Source of the DNA: Thecamonas trahens ATCC 50062
Taxonomy: Eukaryota > Protista > Apusomonadida
Reading direction: 5' to 3'
Assembly: GCF_000142905.1 (NCBI RefSeq)
Contig: NW_013657678.1
Location: 616,871-680,870, forward strand
Length of the DNA stretch: 64,000 nucleotides
The position numbers and the translations under genes were made by a program. The number at the start of each line of letters is the position of its first letter. Position 1 is the first letter of the stretch. This document shows positions 8,730 to 18,911 of this stretch, piece by piece. The notes under the pieces were generated by a model. It searched no databases. It was not told the origin of the DNA and saw only the letters and a list, made by a program, of their open reading frames with translations.

Positions 8730-9413
8730 ATGCAAGGCTTTATCAACAGTATCCAGAGTGCTGACAACACGACGCTCTCGCGGAAGCTCACAAAGCTTGC
8801 CAAACGCCTCGATGCGGCTCTGGTGGACGACGCGCCAGCCGAGGTGGTGACCAAGCTGGAGAGCAAGCTCGAGGCGGTCCGGGCCGAGATCGAGGCCCGG
8901 GCAGCGGCGGCGCTAGCCACTCCGAGGCCACACGCAGGCGACAGGAATTGCAATCTAGAGGAGCTGTCTGATGCAGAGCTTGTTCGTCTTCGGGGCAAGT
9001 CGGCCCGCAAGCTCACGGCAGCCGTCGCCAAGGGCAAGACGGCCAGAGCTGGCGCCCTGTGTGCGGCGGTGGTGGCGCTTGAAGCCGAGATGGCACGCCG
9101 GGAGCTTGATGGTGCAGGTAACGAGTCCGATGGTAGCGACGATGAGCTGCTGCCAGAGATCCCTGTCGGCGCCACCATTCCACGAAACGCGCTCCTCAGC
9201 GCGCCGACTCTTGTTCTCGAGCATCTCGTCGACGGCCACATGCGGCTTGGACCCGCGGACGAGGCCGTGATCCACGCCGAGCTGGCGCTGCGGCGATCGA
9301 GCGGCGTAACGCCAGCCAACGTTGGTGAGCACGTGGCCAAGCTGCTCCACGCAGGCAAGCCCGTCCCGACTGCTGTTGTCCGGCGGCTAGTGGCCATCGC
9401 GATGAGAAGGTGA
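8730..9413 (+). CDS. Hypothetical helical protein (5' end uncertain)
   Basis: Ala/Leu/Glu-rich ORF with GC3-rich codons from ATG 8730, inside track ORF 8460..9413. It ends 32 nt from the convergent myosin stop. No family recognised. Confidence 0.5.
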   Translation: MQGFINSIQSADNTTLSRKLTKLAKRLDAALVDDAPAEVVTKLESKLEAVRAEIEARAAAALATPRPHAGDRNCNLEELSDAELVRLRGKSARKLTAAVAKGKTARAGALCAAVVALEAEMARRELDGAGNESDGSDDELLPEIPVGATIPRNALLSAPTLVLEHLVDGHMRLGPADEAVIHAELALRRSSGVTPANVGEHVAKLLHAGKPVPTAVVRRLVAIAMRR

Positions 9414-9445
9414 CCGCCTCTCGCGGATGCGGCCCGCGTTTACGG

Positions 9446-12400
9446 CTAGATCTGAATGCCCTTGGACGCGCCGTCGATGGCGTCGATCCAGGCCACCATG
9501 TCATCCTTTCCGCCCTCGGCCTGCAAGTAGTAGGTCCGCGCCTCGGTGACGACCTCGAAGACAAAGGTCCGCTTCTTGGTCACGGCTGGGTCACCGCAGA
9601 CCTGCACCATAGCGATCTCGCCGAGCGGGATGGCGCCCTTGATCGGCTTGTTCTTCTTGGGCGCATAGGTGAGAGCCGATGGGGTGATGGTAAACCAGCG
9701 TTTGGTCCAATTGGTCCGTGAGCCGCCGCGCTTGTTGAGGAAACCCTCCTTGCCGATGCCCTTAATGGCGCTGCCCGGGCCCGACGGAGCGGCGGCGGCG
9801 GTGATGGCGATGACCTTTTTGAGGATGACGAGCCAGGAAAACATGATCTCTTGCGTTGGCGCGATAAAGTGGAAGGTGCGATACGGGGTAACGACCTCGA
9901 AGCAGTTGGCCTTGTCCTGGTCCGAGTTTCGTGAGACGCTCGTGACGTCGGCCAGCTGGATCGAGCCCTTGAGTGCCTTGCCCTCCTTGGCGGCGTAGGT
10001 GATCTGCGACGGGGTGAGTGTGACAAACCGCGACGACCACGAGTTCTTGGAGCCCGCGCGCTTTTGTAGTGTCGACGACTTGACGATGGCGTCCGGGTCG
10101 CTGAGGTCGACGGTGACGCCGTCGACAACAAGCTCATTGGATGAAGACGACGGCGCGGCACCGGGCGGCACCGAGCGGCGGGCCGAGGCGCGGGCCTTGT
10201 CCGGGTGCAGAGCCATGTCAAAGGCCTCGAGCCAGTCATTCATCTCGTCCTCGGAGCGGGCCTGGAGCTTGTATGTCCGCTTGGCAGTGGCAATGTCGAT
10301 GCGGAAGAGGCCGTCGACCTGGGCGGCCGAAGTCATGTCGCGGACAAGGATCTCGCGGCGCTGGGCCGAGTTTTTCTTGGGCGCGTAGGTGAGCTTGGAG
10401 GTAGTGAGGACAAAGAAGCGGGTGAGCCAGTTCTGACGCTGACCACCTTGCTTCTGCAGGTAGCCCTTCTTGAGCTCTGAGCGGGCCTTGGCCTCCTGGC
10501 GACGTGCGGCGGCGCGCATGCGGTCTGCACGTTTGATGGCGAGCGCAAGGCAGACGATCCAGTTGTCCATGGTCTCTTCGTTACCGGCATACATGTAAAA
10601 GGTGCGGTATGTGGTGTCGAGCGCAATGCAGTTGGCCTTGCCCGAGCTGGCATCGACGCCGACCTTGGTCATGTCGTCGATCTTGATTCGGCCCTTGACT
10701 GGCTTGTACTTGTGGGCCGAGTAGGTGAGCTCTGTTGGAGTAAGCGCAAAAAAGCGCTGCTCCCATGCGACTCGGATCGACGACCCGCCCTTTTTCATGA
10801 GGTAGCCCTCACAGGTCGCGACCTTGAGCGACGAGCTCCGCGGTGGCGGTGGCGGCGGCGGCTGCAGCGCCACGCCCTGTAGTTCGGCTGGTAGTCCCTC
10901 GACGTAGGCATCGCCGAGCTCGGCGCGAAGTTCGGCCGAGGTCTTGCGCTCGCCAGAGACTGCAGCTCCACCTGCCGGCTCGGCCTCGGGCTCCTTGAGC
11001 TTGGCCTCGGCCTCGGCGAGTGCAGCGCGCTCGGCAGCAGCAGCGGCGGCCTTTTCGTCAAGCGCGGCCAAGCGCTCGGCCTCCTCGGCCTCGGCGGCGG
11101 CACGAGAAGCGGCGGCGGCAGCCTCGGCGGCGGCACGCTCCTCGGCGGCGGCGGCCTCCTTGGCCTTGCGCTCTGCCTCCATGGCTTCGCGCTTCCGCTG
11201 GTCCTGCTCGGCCTGCTCAGCGGCAAGCATGGCGGCCTGTTCGGCCTCGAAGCGCTCACGCTCGAGCCGCTCGGCCTCGAGCCGCTCGGCCTCGAGCCGC
11301 TCACGCTCGAGCCGCTCGGCCTCGAGTCGCTCACGCTCGCGGCGCTCGGCCTCGAGCCGCTCGCGCTCCTTGCGCTCGTACTCGAGGCGGGTGATTTCGA
11401 CGTCGACTCGGGTAAGGCGAGCAGCCTCAAGCGAGGCGAGCTTGTCAGCAGCAGCGGCGGCGAGGGCGGCACGGGCGAGGGCGCCGCGGACCATTCGCTG
11501 GATCTTGACGACCGAAGCCGAGAGCCGCTCCTCGCGGACCATCTCAAGCGAGGTGGAGAGGCCGTCCTTGAGAAAGACCTTGGACTTTCCGATCTGCCAC
11601 TGCAGCGATGCGGGTGCGCCGTCAGGAGTGTCCTCCATATGGGCGAGCGTGCCGGCGGACTCGATGATGGCACGGCACTGGTCCTGAACCGACGCCGGAG
11701 CGGCCGAGGCGTCGAGCAGGAAGCCGAAGCGGGCCAGGAAGTCGTCAAACGGAACCCAGACGGGGTACGCGCGCTTGCGCATCTCGATGGTCTCGAGCAT
11801 GCCCTGGCAGCGAATCTGGCGCATGACAACGGCCGGGTCAAAGGTGTCGGCCAGCTGGGCGTCGTTTGGCTTGATGCAGCGGATAAAGTGCAGGTCGGTG
11901 GCGCCGAGGGTATCCATGAGCGAGTTGAGCGAGGTCATAAACTGCTGCGCGAGGCCGGCGGGGCCCTTGGCGCGGCCGCGGCCGCCACCAGCCGGGACGG
12001 CGGCTGGGGTCGCGAGCGGGGCGTAGACGGCGGCGACTAGTGCGGCAGACGAGGCGGCGACTAGCTCGTTAAACTCGGCAAATGGCGGGTCCTTGTTTTT
12101 CTCGAGGAAGCCGTCGATCTCGTAGGTGACCGGGCCGGCGTAGTGGTTGATGGCAAAGGCCGAGTTGGCAGCCTTGCGGGGCGCGTCGTAGTACGGCGAG
12201 CCGCGGAAAGCGTCGTGCATTTTGGAGAGGAGGTTCGCGTCTGAGCCGCGCGGGACCTTACACTCGTCACGGAGCATGGCGAGGATGCCCGAGTTCTTTT
12301 GCTGGATGAGGTCGAGGCACTCTTGGTTGTCCTTGAACTCGATGGCCTCGACGTTGAGGCCCTCGGCCGAGTACTCTGCGAGCTGGAGCTTAAAGGTGTG

Positions 12401-14345
12401 GGCGACAAAGAGCTGCTGGAGGCGCTCGTTGACAAAGTTGATGAGGAACTGCTCAAACGAGTTGTGCTCAAAGATCTCAAAGCCAAAGATGTCGAGGATG
12501 CCGACGTATGGCCCATCGAGGAGCGGCGTGGCTGAGTCGGCGGACGAGGCGACCGAGGCATTGATTTTGACGACAAGCCAGTCAAAGAGGCGCGAGTAGA
12601 GGGTCTTTGCGGCCGAGCCAGCGGCGATGCGGGCGTCGTTGGGGGTACGCGGCTTGTAGTAGATCGAGTTGCGCGAGACAATGCGACGAGTGGTGAGGGT
12701 CTTGGAGAGCTCGGCTGGGGCAATGCCGAGGAGCTGGGCAATCTCGTTGACGGGCGTCTCGTCGGCCAGCTGACAGCCGTCTGAGCCCGATGGCGTGAAC
12801 TGGACGTTGCCAAAGAGGAGAACGGCCGAGACGACCGAAAAGACAAAGTCAATTTCGTCGGGGACAAGGCCGATGGCGTTAAAGGCGTCCTTGAGCTCGA
12901 TAAAGTCGTCGGCGTCGTTGGCGCCGGGGATGGTGTAGCAGCCCGGATTGAGGTACGCGTACTCGCTCACGTCCTTGAGGAAGAAGCGCTCTTTCTCGGC
13001 AGCAAAGGTACCGGCCAGGAGCTGGTAGAATATGTGGTAGTTGCGCTCGGTACCCGACTGCGAGCAGACGCGCGACTTTTCGAGCAGGTACGTCTCAAAC
13101 GAGGCGCCGGCGATGGAGCCTACCGAGTCAAAGTGGACCTTGATAAACTTGCCGAAACGTGATGAGTTGTTGTTGCGGACGGTCTTGGCGTTGCCAAAGG
13201 CCTCGAGGACCGGGGTGGCGGCGACGATGCGGGTGGCGAGCGGGGCGGGGGCATAGTCCTCCTCGTCCGAGTCGTAGGCCATGTCGGCGGCGTCGTCGTC
13301 GTCGTCGCTGCCGGTGTTCTGCGAGGCGACGCGGGTGGTGTACTCGAGGATGAAGCCGGTGGTACGTGACTTGCCGGCGCCAGACTCGCCCGAGATGACG
13401 ATGCCCTGGGCGCGGCCGGTCGAGGTGGCCTTGCGGTAGGCGCGGTCGGCGACGGCATAGACGTGCGGCTCGGCATCGGCGCGCGAATTGGACTCGAGAA
13501 AGCGGGCAACGGTGGCCGGCCCGTAGAGCGCAGGCATGGCCTTGTACGGGTTGATGGCGAGGAGCGCCGAGCCCATCCAGGCGTAGATGTTGGAGCCGGC
13601 GAGGCGGACACGCGACAGATGCAGCACATCGCCCTCGGAGAGCCGCGGGAGAGTCACCAGGTTCTCGACACCCTCGGGCTCTTCTACCGGGAACGAAGTC
13701 GGGACGATGGCGTCGAGCGGGACCGACGCGGTAGCCGGTGACGGCGACGAAGCGAGGGCAACGTCCATAAACTCGACCGTCGCAGCTGACGAGCCCACGT
13801 TGGCAACTGTGGCAAGAGCCCATACCATCGTGTCTGAGGGCACCCAGACACGATCACCCTACGGATATAGCGTGGGCGAGAAAGGCGGGCGGGCGGGCGG
13901 AGTGGGCGCATGGCGCACATTCCGGCGAAGCGATGACCAAGCGAGACGGGCAGGTGCGACGGCATGTTGGTATGCAGACCACCAAATCGCCACGCACGGG
14001 TACCCAAATGATGTAGCATGTGTATAGTGAGTATATGTATATACCTGGTGAGTATGAGCATGTATGGGTATGTAGAACTACCTGTAGCCGCCATGGTGTC
14101 CCCCCCCCCCCCCCCTCCCTCCCCGACAACCAATACCTCTGTTTGCCATGTCTCCACCCACCTGCAGCACCGGGTGACCACGAGAAGAGAGACGAGGAGG
14201 ACAAGGAGGACAAGGAGGACGAGGGGGGCAGGGGGGGGGGGGGGGGGGTCTCTATGAAGTGGTATTGGCTATGTACTCGTTGGCATGGTGATGGGGTGAT
14301 TGTGTAGAATCTGTGATTACGTACCGTCTCGAGATGTGCTGCCAT
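9446..14345 (-). CDS. Unconventional myosin: SH3-like N-terminus, motor, one IQ, SAH/coiled coil, four PH domains
   Basis: Motor motifs: [45 protein letters not shown]: [12 protein letters not shown]-rich ERLEAER repeats. Four PH domains: [35 protein letters not shown]. Probable 21-nt first exon 14345-14325 (MAAHLET) joined by GTACGT...TAG intron 14324-13859 to GDRVWVP. Confidence 0.93.
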
Positions 14346-14379
14346 GGGTGCGGGCGTCGACAGTCTGGAGGAGACGAAT

Positions 14380-14551
14380 GGTTGGGTTGGGTTGGTTGGG
14401 TTGGGTGATTGGTTGGGTTGGGTTGGTTGGGTTGGGTGATTGGTTGGGTTGGGTTGGTTGGGTTGGGTGATTGGTTGGGTTGGGTTGAGTGGGTTGGTTG
14501 GTTGGTTGGTTGGTTGGTTGGCCGGTTGGCCAGTGGCTTGGCTGGTTGGCT
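14380..14551. repeat. (GGTTG)/(GGTT)n G-rich repeat with a 31-nt higher-order unit in three copies
   Basis: GGTTGGGTTGGGTTGGTTGGGTTGGGTGATT occurs three times (14380-14472), then GGTT/GGCT runs. It lies between the divergent myosin and PLAC8-like genes. Confidence 0.9.
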
Positions 14552-14597
14552 GGTGGCTTCCTCTCGCCAGCGGCTTTGCAACCTCTCTTCTCAAAAA

Positions 14598-15512
14598 ATG
14601 TCAGCTGCCCCGCCGTCGTACACACCTAGCGGGCCACCACCTGGCCAGCAGGGCTACGGAGCCCCGCCCTCGTACCACCAGCACCAAGTGCCTGCACCAT
14701 ACGCACCTTCACACCCTCAAGGAGGTGGCGGGTATGGTCCGGCGCCTACCACCAACAGCGGTGGTCACTATGGACAACCGCCGCCTGGCCAGCCGTACGG
14801 CGTTACGCAACACGGAGCAGCAGCAGGCTACGGCCATCATCAGACGCCAGCCAATCATGGCAATCCTTATGCTCAGCAAGGTCATCCCAATGGTGGCGCC
14901 GGTGGCGTCCATGGCTACTCGAACGGACAGCAGAATGGTGGTCATCCTCGCAAGTACGAACGTGGCTGCTATCGCCCCGGTTGCTCCTCAAAGCTGCCGA
15001 CCTTCCAGATCACCGTCTGCTGCGCCTGCCTTGAGGATCCGGTCACGTTCTGCACCGCTGTGCCGACCTGCTTCTGCCAAAACTACAATCAGCGTTTTGA
15101 GATTCTTCGGAGAACTGGCTTTGAGTACGAGTACCTTGGAGGTGCGCTCCGTGGGCCGTGCTGCTGCATGTGCGAGCCGCTGGCTGACTGCATGGAGGAC
15201 GATCCGAGCTGCGGCATGCTCTGTGAGGTCATCTGCTGCCATCCGTGCGCGGTTCAGGTCACCCGCGGCATGGTTGCTTACCACTACAACCTCCGCGACC
15301 GCTGCTGCCTCGACTGTGGTATCTTTGCCGACTTTGGCGACGGCGACTCGTTTGCTAGCGAGGTTATCAGCTTTCTGTACAACTCGGCCGTCTCGGCCTG
15401 CTACATCACGGCAAACGCGTACGAGTTTCGTTACCAGGACTCGCTTCAGAACAAGCGCCCACCAGCAAATCAGCCACCGGCGTGGGGCCCGGGAGCGCAG
15501 GCGCACCGGTAG
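14598..15512 (+). CDS. PLAC8/cornifelin-like Cys-rich protein with Pro/Gly/Gln/Tyr-rich N-terminus
   Basis: ATG 14598 (MSAAPPSY), PPxY/PSY low-complexity region, then CCACLEDPVTFCTAVPTCFC...ICCHPCAVQVTRGMVAYHYNL, resembling the PLAC8 pattern. Confidence 0.6.
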   Translation: MSAAPPSYTPSGPPPGQQGYGAPPSYHQHQVPAPYAPSHPQGGGGYGPAPTTNSGGHYGQPPPGQPYGVTQHGAAAGYGHHQTPANHGNPYAQQGHPNGGAGGVHGYSNGQQNGGHPRKYERGCYRPGCSSKLPTFQITVCCACLEDPVTFCTAVPTCFCQNYNQRFEILRRTGFEYEYLGGALRGPCCCMCEPLADCMEDDPSCGMLCEVICCHPCAVQVTRGMVAYHYNLRDRCCLDCGIFADFGDGDSFASEVISFLYNSAVSACYITANAYEFRYQDSLQNKRPPANQPPAWGPGAQAHR

Positions 15513-15532
15513 CGCCCACGCAGCCGCTGCAG

Positions 15533-16942
15533 CTAGTTGTCGTCGAGGCGGCGGACAACTTGCTCGTATACGAACCACGAGAGCGCAGCCGATGGGGTGC
15601 CCTTGAGCAGATTGGCACCCAGACCGCGGTAAAGACCGGTAACACCGTGGCGGGCAGCGATTTTGCGGCCGCAGTCAAGCATGCCCGAGTACTTTGCGTC
15701 GACGCCGGGCATGCCCTGAGCCTGGAGACGTGTGCGGGTGACTTGGGCGGGGTAGGCTGCGATCTGGCCGGCGGTGGACGAGAGCATGCCGCAGGCGAGG
15801 ACGACTGCCGCACCGGGCTCCGAGTCGTGGAACCGCGTGGCGTAGAGCTCCTTGAGGTACGAGTAGGTGACAAAGTCAATGCCGACGTAGGGGACGACGC
15901 CGACGAGCGAGGGGCCGAGGCCGGCGTAGACGCCAGAAATGCCCGAGGCGCGGAAGGTCTTGGCGAGGCAGTCGATGATGCCGGTGTACGAGCCCGGCTT
16001 GGAGATGGCAAGCCGGGTCTTGGCAACTTCCATGGGGTAGATGGCGACAGTGGAGGCGACGCCGGCGAGTGCGCCCGAGGTAAAGCGCTCGGCCACAGAG
16101 ATGTTGCGCGGGTCCGAAGCGACGAGGGCCTTGATCTGCGAAAAGAAGAAAAAGCGCGCGGCAGTCTCGGGCCCTACCTTGAGCACGTTGACGCCATTGC
16201 CGCGCCAGTACGCGCGAAGGCCGCCTTCGGCGTAGATGGCGGTCATGGTGGCGCGGATGCCGCCGCCGGGCGGGACTCCGCCAGCGGACCCAGCCTGCAG
16301 CATGACCTTGATGCGGTCAGCGGGTGCAGTAGCAGTGCGCGAGACCGCGCCCGCGCACGCGCCCGCCACCAGCGTCTTCCACGGCGGGCGCGGGAGCGCG
16401 TCGAGGTCGTCGGGCATGCTCAGCGACTCGCCGATGTCGATGGCCGCCGACTTTGCCCAGTACTCAAAGCAGGCGCGGACGTTCGAGGCCGGCAGCATCA
16501 TGAGAAAGTCGCGGAACTCATCAAAGGTAATGCGACCGTCGTGGTTAGCATCCATGCGCTCGAGCAGGGCTGAGATGTCAGCATCAGAGGCCTTGAGGCC
16601 GAGCGACTCGAGACCGCGGCGGAGCTCGGCAACGTCGAGCGCGCCAGAGTCATCGGTGTCGAGCTGGTCAAAGACGGCCGCCATGGCAGCAGTCCGACGG
16701 GCGGCAAAGGCGACAAACTCTGCATACGATATGACGCCATCAGAGTTTGCATCGGCCGAGTTGAACACCTCATCGACGGCCCTGTCGGTGACTGGGATGC
16801 CAAGCGAGCGCATGCCGACGGCAAACTCCTTGCGGTCGAGCGAGCCGTTGCCATCCGTGTCGAGGCGCTCAAACGCTGCCCGGATGGCCTGGTCCTCCAA
16901 TCGTCCTCTGCGCCAAGTCTCTGACGTCGACGGTGTTGCCAT
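15533..16942 (-). CDS. Calcium-binding mitochondrial carrier (SCaMC / ATP-Mg:Pi carrier, SLC25A23-25-like)
   Basis: Four EF hands (DTDGNGSLDRKE, DANSDGVISYAE, DTDDSGALDVAE, DANHDGRITFDE) followed by three carrier repeats (TAPADRIKV, YPMEVAKTRL, YPAQVTRTRLQ), plus YWRGNGVNVLKVGPE. Confidence 0.95.
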   Translation of the reverse strand: MATPSTSETWRRGRLEDQAIRAAFERLDTDGNGSLDRKEFAVGMRSLGIPVTDRAVDEVFNSADANSDGVISYAEFVAFAARRTAAMAAVFDQLDTDDSGALDVAELRRGLESLGLKASDADISALLERMDANHDGRITFDEFRDFLMMLPASNVRACFEYWAKSAAIDIGESLSMPDDLDALPRPPWKTLVAGACAGAVSRTATAPADRIKVMLQAGSAGGVPPGGGIRATMTAIYAEGGLRAYWRGNGVNVLKVGPETAARFFFFSQIKALVASDPRNISVAERFTSGALAGVASTVAIYPMEVAKTRLAISKPGSYTGIIDCLAKTFRASGISGVYAGLGPSLVGVVPYVGIDFVTYSYLKELYATRFHDSEPGAAVVLACGMLSSTAGQIAAYPAQVTRTRLQAQGMPGVDAKYSGMLDCGRKIAARHGVTGLYRGLGANLLKGTPSAALSWFVYEQVVRRLDDN

Positions 16943-17082
16943 TGCTGCCTGCTGCTCTCTCCCGTCCACCTCTCGGTTGGCTACGCGTGGAGTGCTGCTG
17001 GCGCACCTGACGATGTCTCACTGGCTTGGTTTGGTTTGTTCGGCGTCTGCTCGGCCACAACGATTGGTTTTGCCACAAACCC

Positions 17083-17260
17083 AACAAACAATCGTTAACG
17101 ATTAACTCCCCAACATACAATCGTTGATGATTAACTCCCCCAACAAACAATCTTTAATGATTAACTCCCCCAACAATCAATCGTTAACGATCACTCCCCC
17201 AACAAACAATCATTAACGATCACTCCCCCAACAAACAATCGTCAACGATCACTCCCCCCC
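17083..17260. repeat. AT-rich 29-30-nt tandem repeat, six copies, with palindromic core
   Basis: Consensus AACAAACAATCGTTAACGAT(TA/C)ACTCCCCC. The first copy contains the perfect palindrome AATCGTTAACGATT. Confidence 0.9.
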
Positions 17261-17431
17261 CTCCCCCCCCCCTCCCCCCTCCGCCTCCACCTTCCCAACC
17301 CCACCGCATTCCCCACACGTCTCCACTGTCCCCCCATCCCCCCCACCCCCAACCCTCCACCCCCCTGTGTACTGAACACTACTGGTTGCTGAAACAAGTA
17401 CGCCCCCCTCCCCCTCCTCCCCCCCCCTCCC

Positions 17432-17531
17432 NNNNNNNNNNNNNNNNNNNNNNNNNNNNNNNNNNNNNNNNNNNNNNNNNNNNNNNNNNNNNNNNNNNNN
17501 NNNNNNNNNNNNNNNNNNNNNNNNNNNNNNN
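17432..17531. other. Assembly gap (100 N) flanked by poly-C tracts
   Basis: Run of N in the sequence. Confidence 1.
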
Positions 17532-17659
17532 CACCACCTCTCCCACCCTACCCCCTCCCCCTCCCCTTCCCCCCTCCCCCCTTCAACACACAGTCCTCCC
17601 AGCGCGACAGCCGCGTCAAAAACGCCACCGCATGCACCACGTGACTCACAGGGAAAATC

Positions 17660-18877
17660 ATGGGCAAACACGACTTGCGTGTCTTGCAACCAAAATTATA
17701 CGCACCAGTGCTGCGGTCTCTGTCGAACGTTGTCGCGCCGCGTGCGCTCGCGCGGATGTTTGCGGCTGGCCCGGACATGTCCAAGCTGAAGGTGACCAAG
17801 ACGACAACGCCGCGGGAGAAGCTCCCGGCTGAGGAGCTTGTCTTTGGCGCCAACTTTGCCGATCACATGCTCGAGATTGACTGGACGGCGGCCGAGGGGT
17901 GGAAGGACCCGGTCATCCGCCCGTACGGCCCGTTTGACATCGACCCGTCGGCCTCGTGCTACCACTATGGCGGCGTGTGCTTTGAAGGCCTCAAGGCGTA
18001 CATCGACGACGACGGCTGTGCCCGCCTCTTCCGCCCGGACATGAACATGGCACGGTTCTCGCGGTCGTCGACTCGCCTCGGCCTGCCTGACTTTGACCAG
18101 GACGCCGTGCTCGAGGGCATCAAGGAGCTGGTCCGCCTCGACAAGGACTGGATCCCGCGCAAGCCGGGGTACTCGCTCTACCTCCGCCCCACCGCCATCG
18201 CCACCCAGGAGTCACTCGGCGTCGGCGCGCCGTCGGCCTCCAAGCTTTTTGTCATCACCTCGCCGGTCGGCCCGTATTACAAGTCCGGTTTTGCGCCCGT
18301 CCGCCTCCTCGCCGACGAGCACCACGTCCGCGCCTGGCCCGGTGGCATCGGCTACACCAAGGCCGGCGGCAACTACGCCCCGACCGTCGTCCCGCAGAAG
18401 AAGGCCAACGATGCCGGCTACGCCCAGGTCATGTGGCTCTTTGGCGAGACCGGCCAGGTCACCGAGGTCGGTACCATGAACATGTTTGTCCTCTGGCACA
18501 ACACCGCCGGCGAGCTCGAGCTCGTCACCCCGCCGCTCGACGACGGCACCATCCTTCCGGGTGTCACTCGCGACTCGATCCTGCACCTCGTCCGCTCCCG
18601 CGGCGACGTCAAGGTCTCCGAGGCTCCGTTTACCATCTACCAGATGATCGACGCCATCGCCGACGGTCGCATGGTCGAGGCCTTTGGCGCCGGCACCGCT
18701 TGCATCGTCTCGCCCATCGAGGGCTTCAACTTTAAGGGCGTCGACTACGACATCCCGCTCTCTGCTGACGCCTCCAAGCGCGCCGGCGACCTCACCCACG
18801 AGCTCGCCGAGGAGCTTATGGGCATCCAGTACGGCCGCATCGAGGGTCCGCCCGGCTGGTCCGTCAAGCTCGACTAG
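17660..18877 (+). CDS. BCAT: Branched-chain amino acid aminotransferase, probably mitochondrial (exact start uncertain)
   Basis: FEGLKAY, LFRPDMN, SLYLRP, TKAGGNY (PLP Lys), TEVGTMN, ILPGVTRDS, EAFGAGTAC. Arg-rich N-terminal presequence-like segment. Confidence 0.95.
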   Translation: MGKHDLRVLQPKLYAPVLRSLSNVVAPRALARMFAAGPDMSKLKVTKTTTPREKLPAEELVFGANFADHMLEIDWTAAEGWKDPVIRPYGPFDIDPSASCYHYGGVCFEGLKAYIDDDGCARLFRPDMNMARFSRSSTRLGLPDFDQDAVLEGIKELVRLDKDWIPRKPGYSLYLRPTAIATQESLGVGAPSASKLFVITSPVGPYYKSGFAPVRLLADEHHVRAWPGGIGYTKAGGNYAPTVVPQKKANDAGYAQVMWLFGETGQVTEVGTMNMFVLWHNTAGELELVTPPLDDGTILPGVTRDSILHLVRSRGDVKVSEAPFTIYQMIDAIADGRMVEAFGAGTACIVSPIEGFNFKGVDYDIPLSADASKRAGDLTHELAEELMGIQYGRIEGPPGWSVKLD

Positions 18878-18911
18878 GTCCACACAGCGTGCGCCTCGCC
18901 GTCCCAAACAA

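Noticed and set aside
13854-14625. NQPT/WLVG-repeat ORFs
   Set aside because: These are translations of the GGTT microsatellite and the myosin intron.
17083-17260. CRISPR array
   Set aside because: The palindromic 30-mers are directly adjacent with no unique spacers, there are no cas genes, and the context is eukaryotic.
18212-18877. 665-nt antisense coding overlap between the receptor ORF 18212..20908 and BCAT
   Set aside because: The overlapping translation reads as BCAT antisense. One extra T at 18914-18916 gives a stop 34 nt from the BCAT stop, matching the other convergent pairs.
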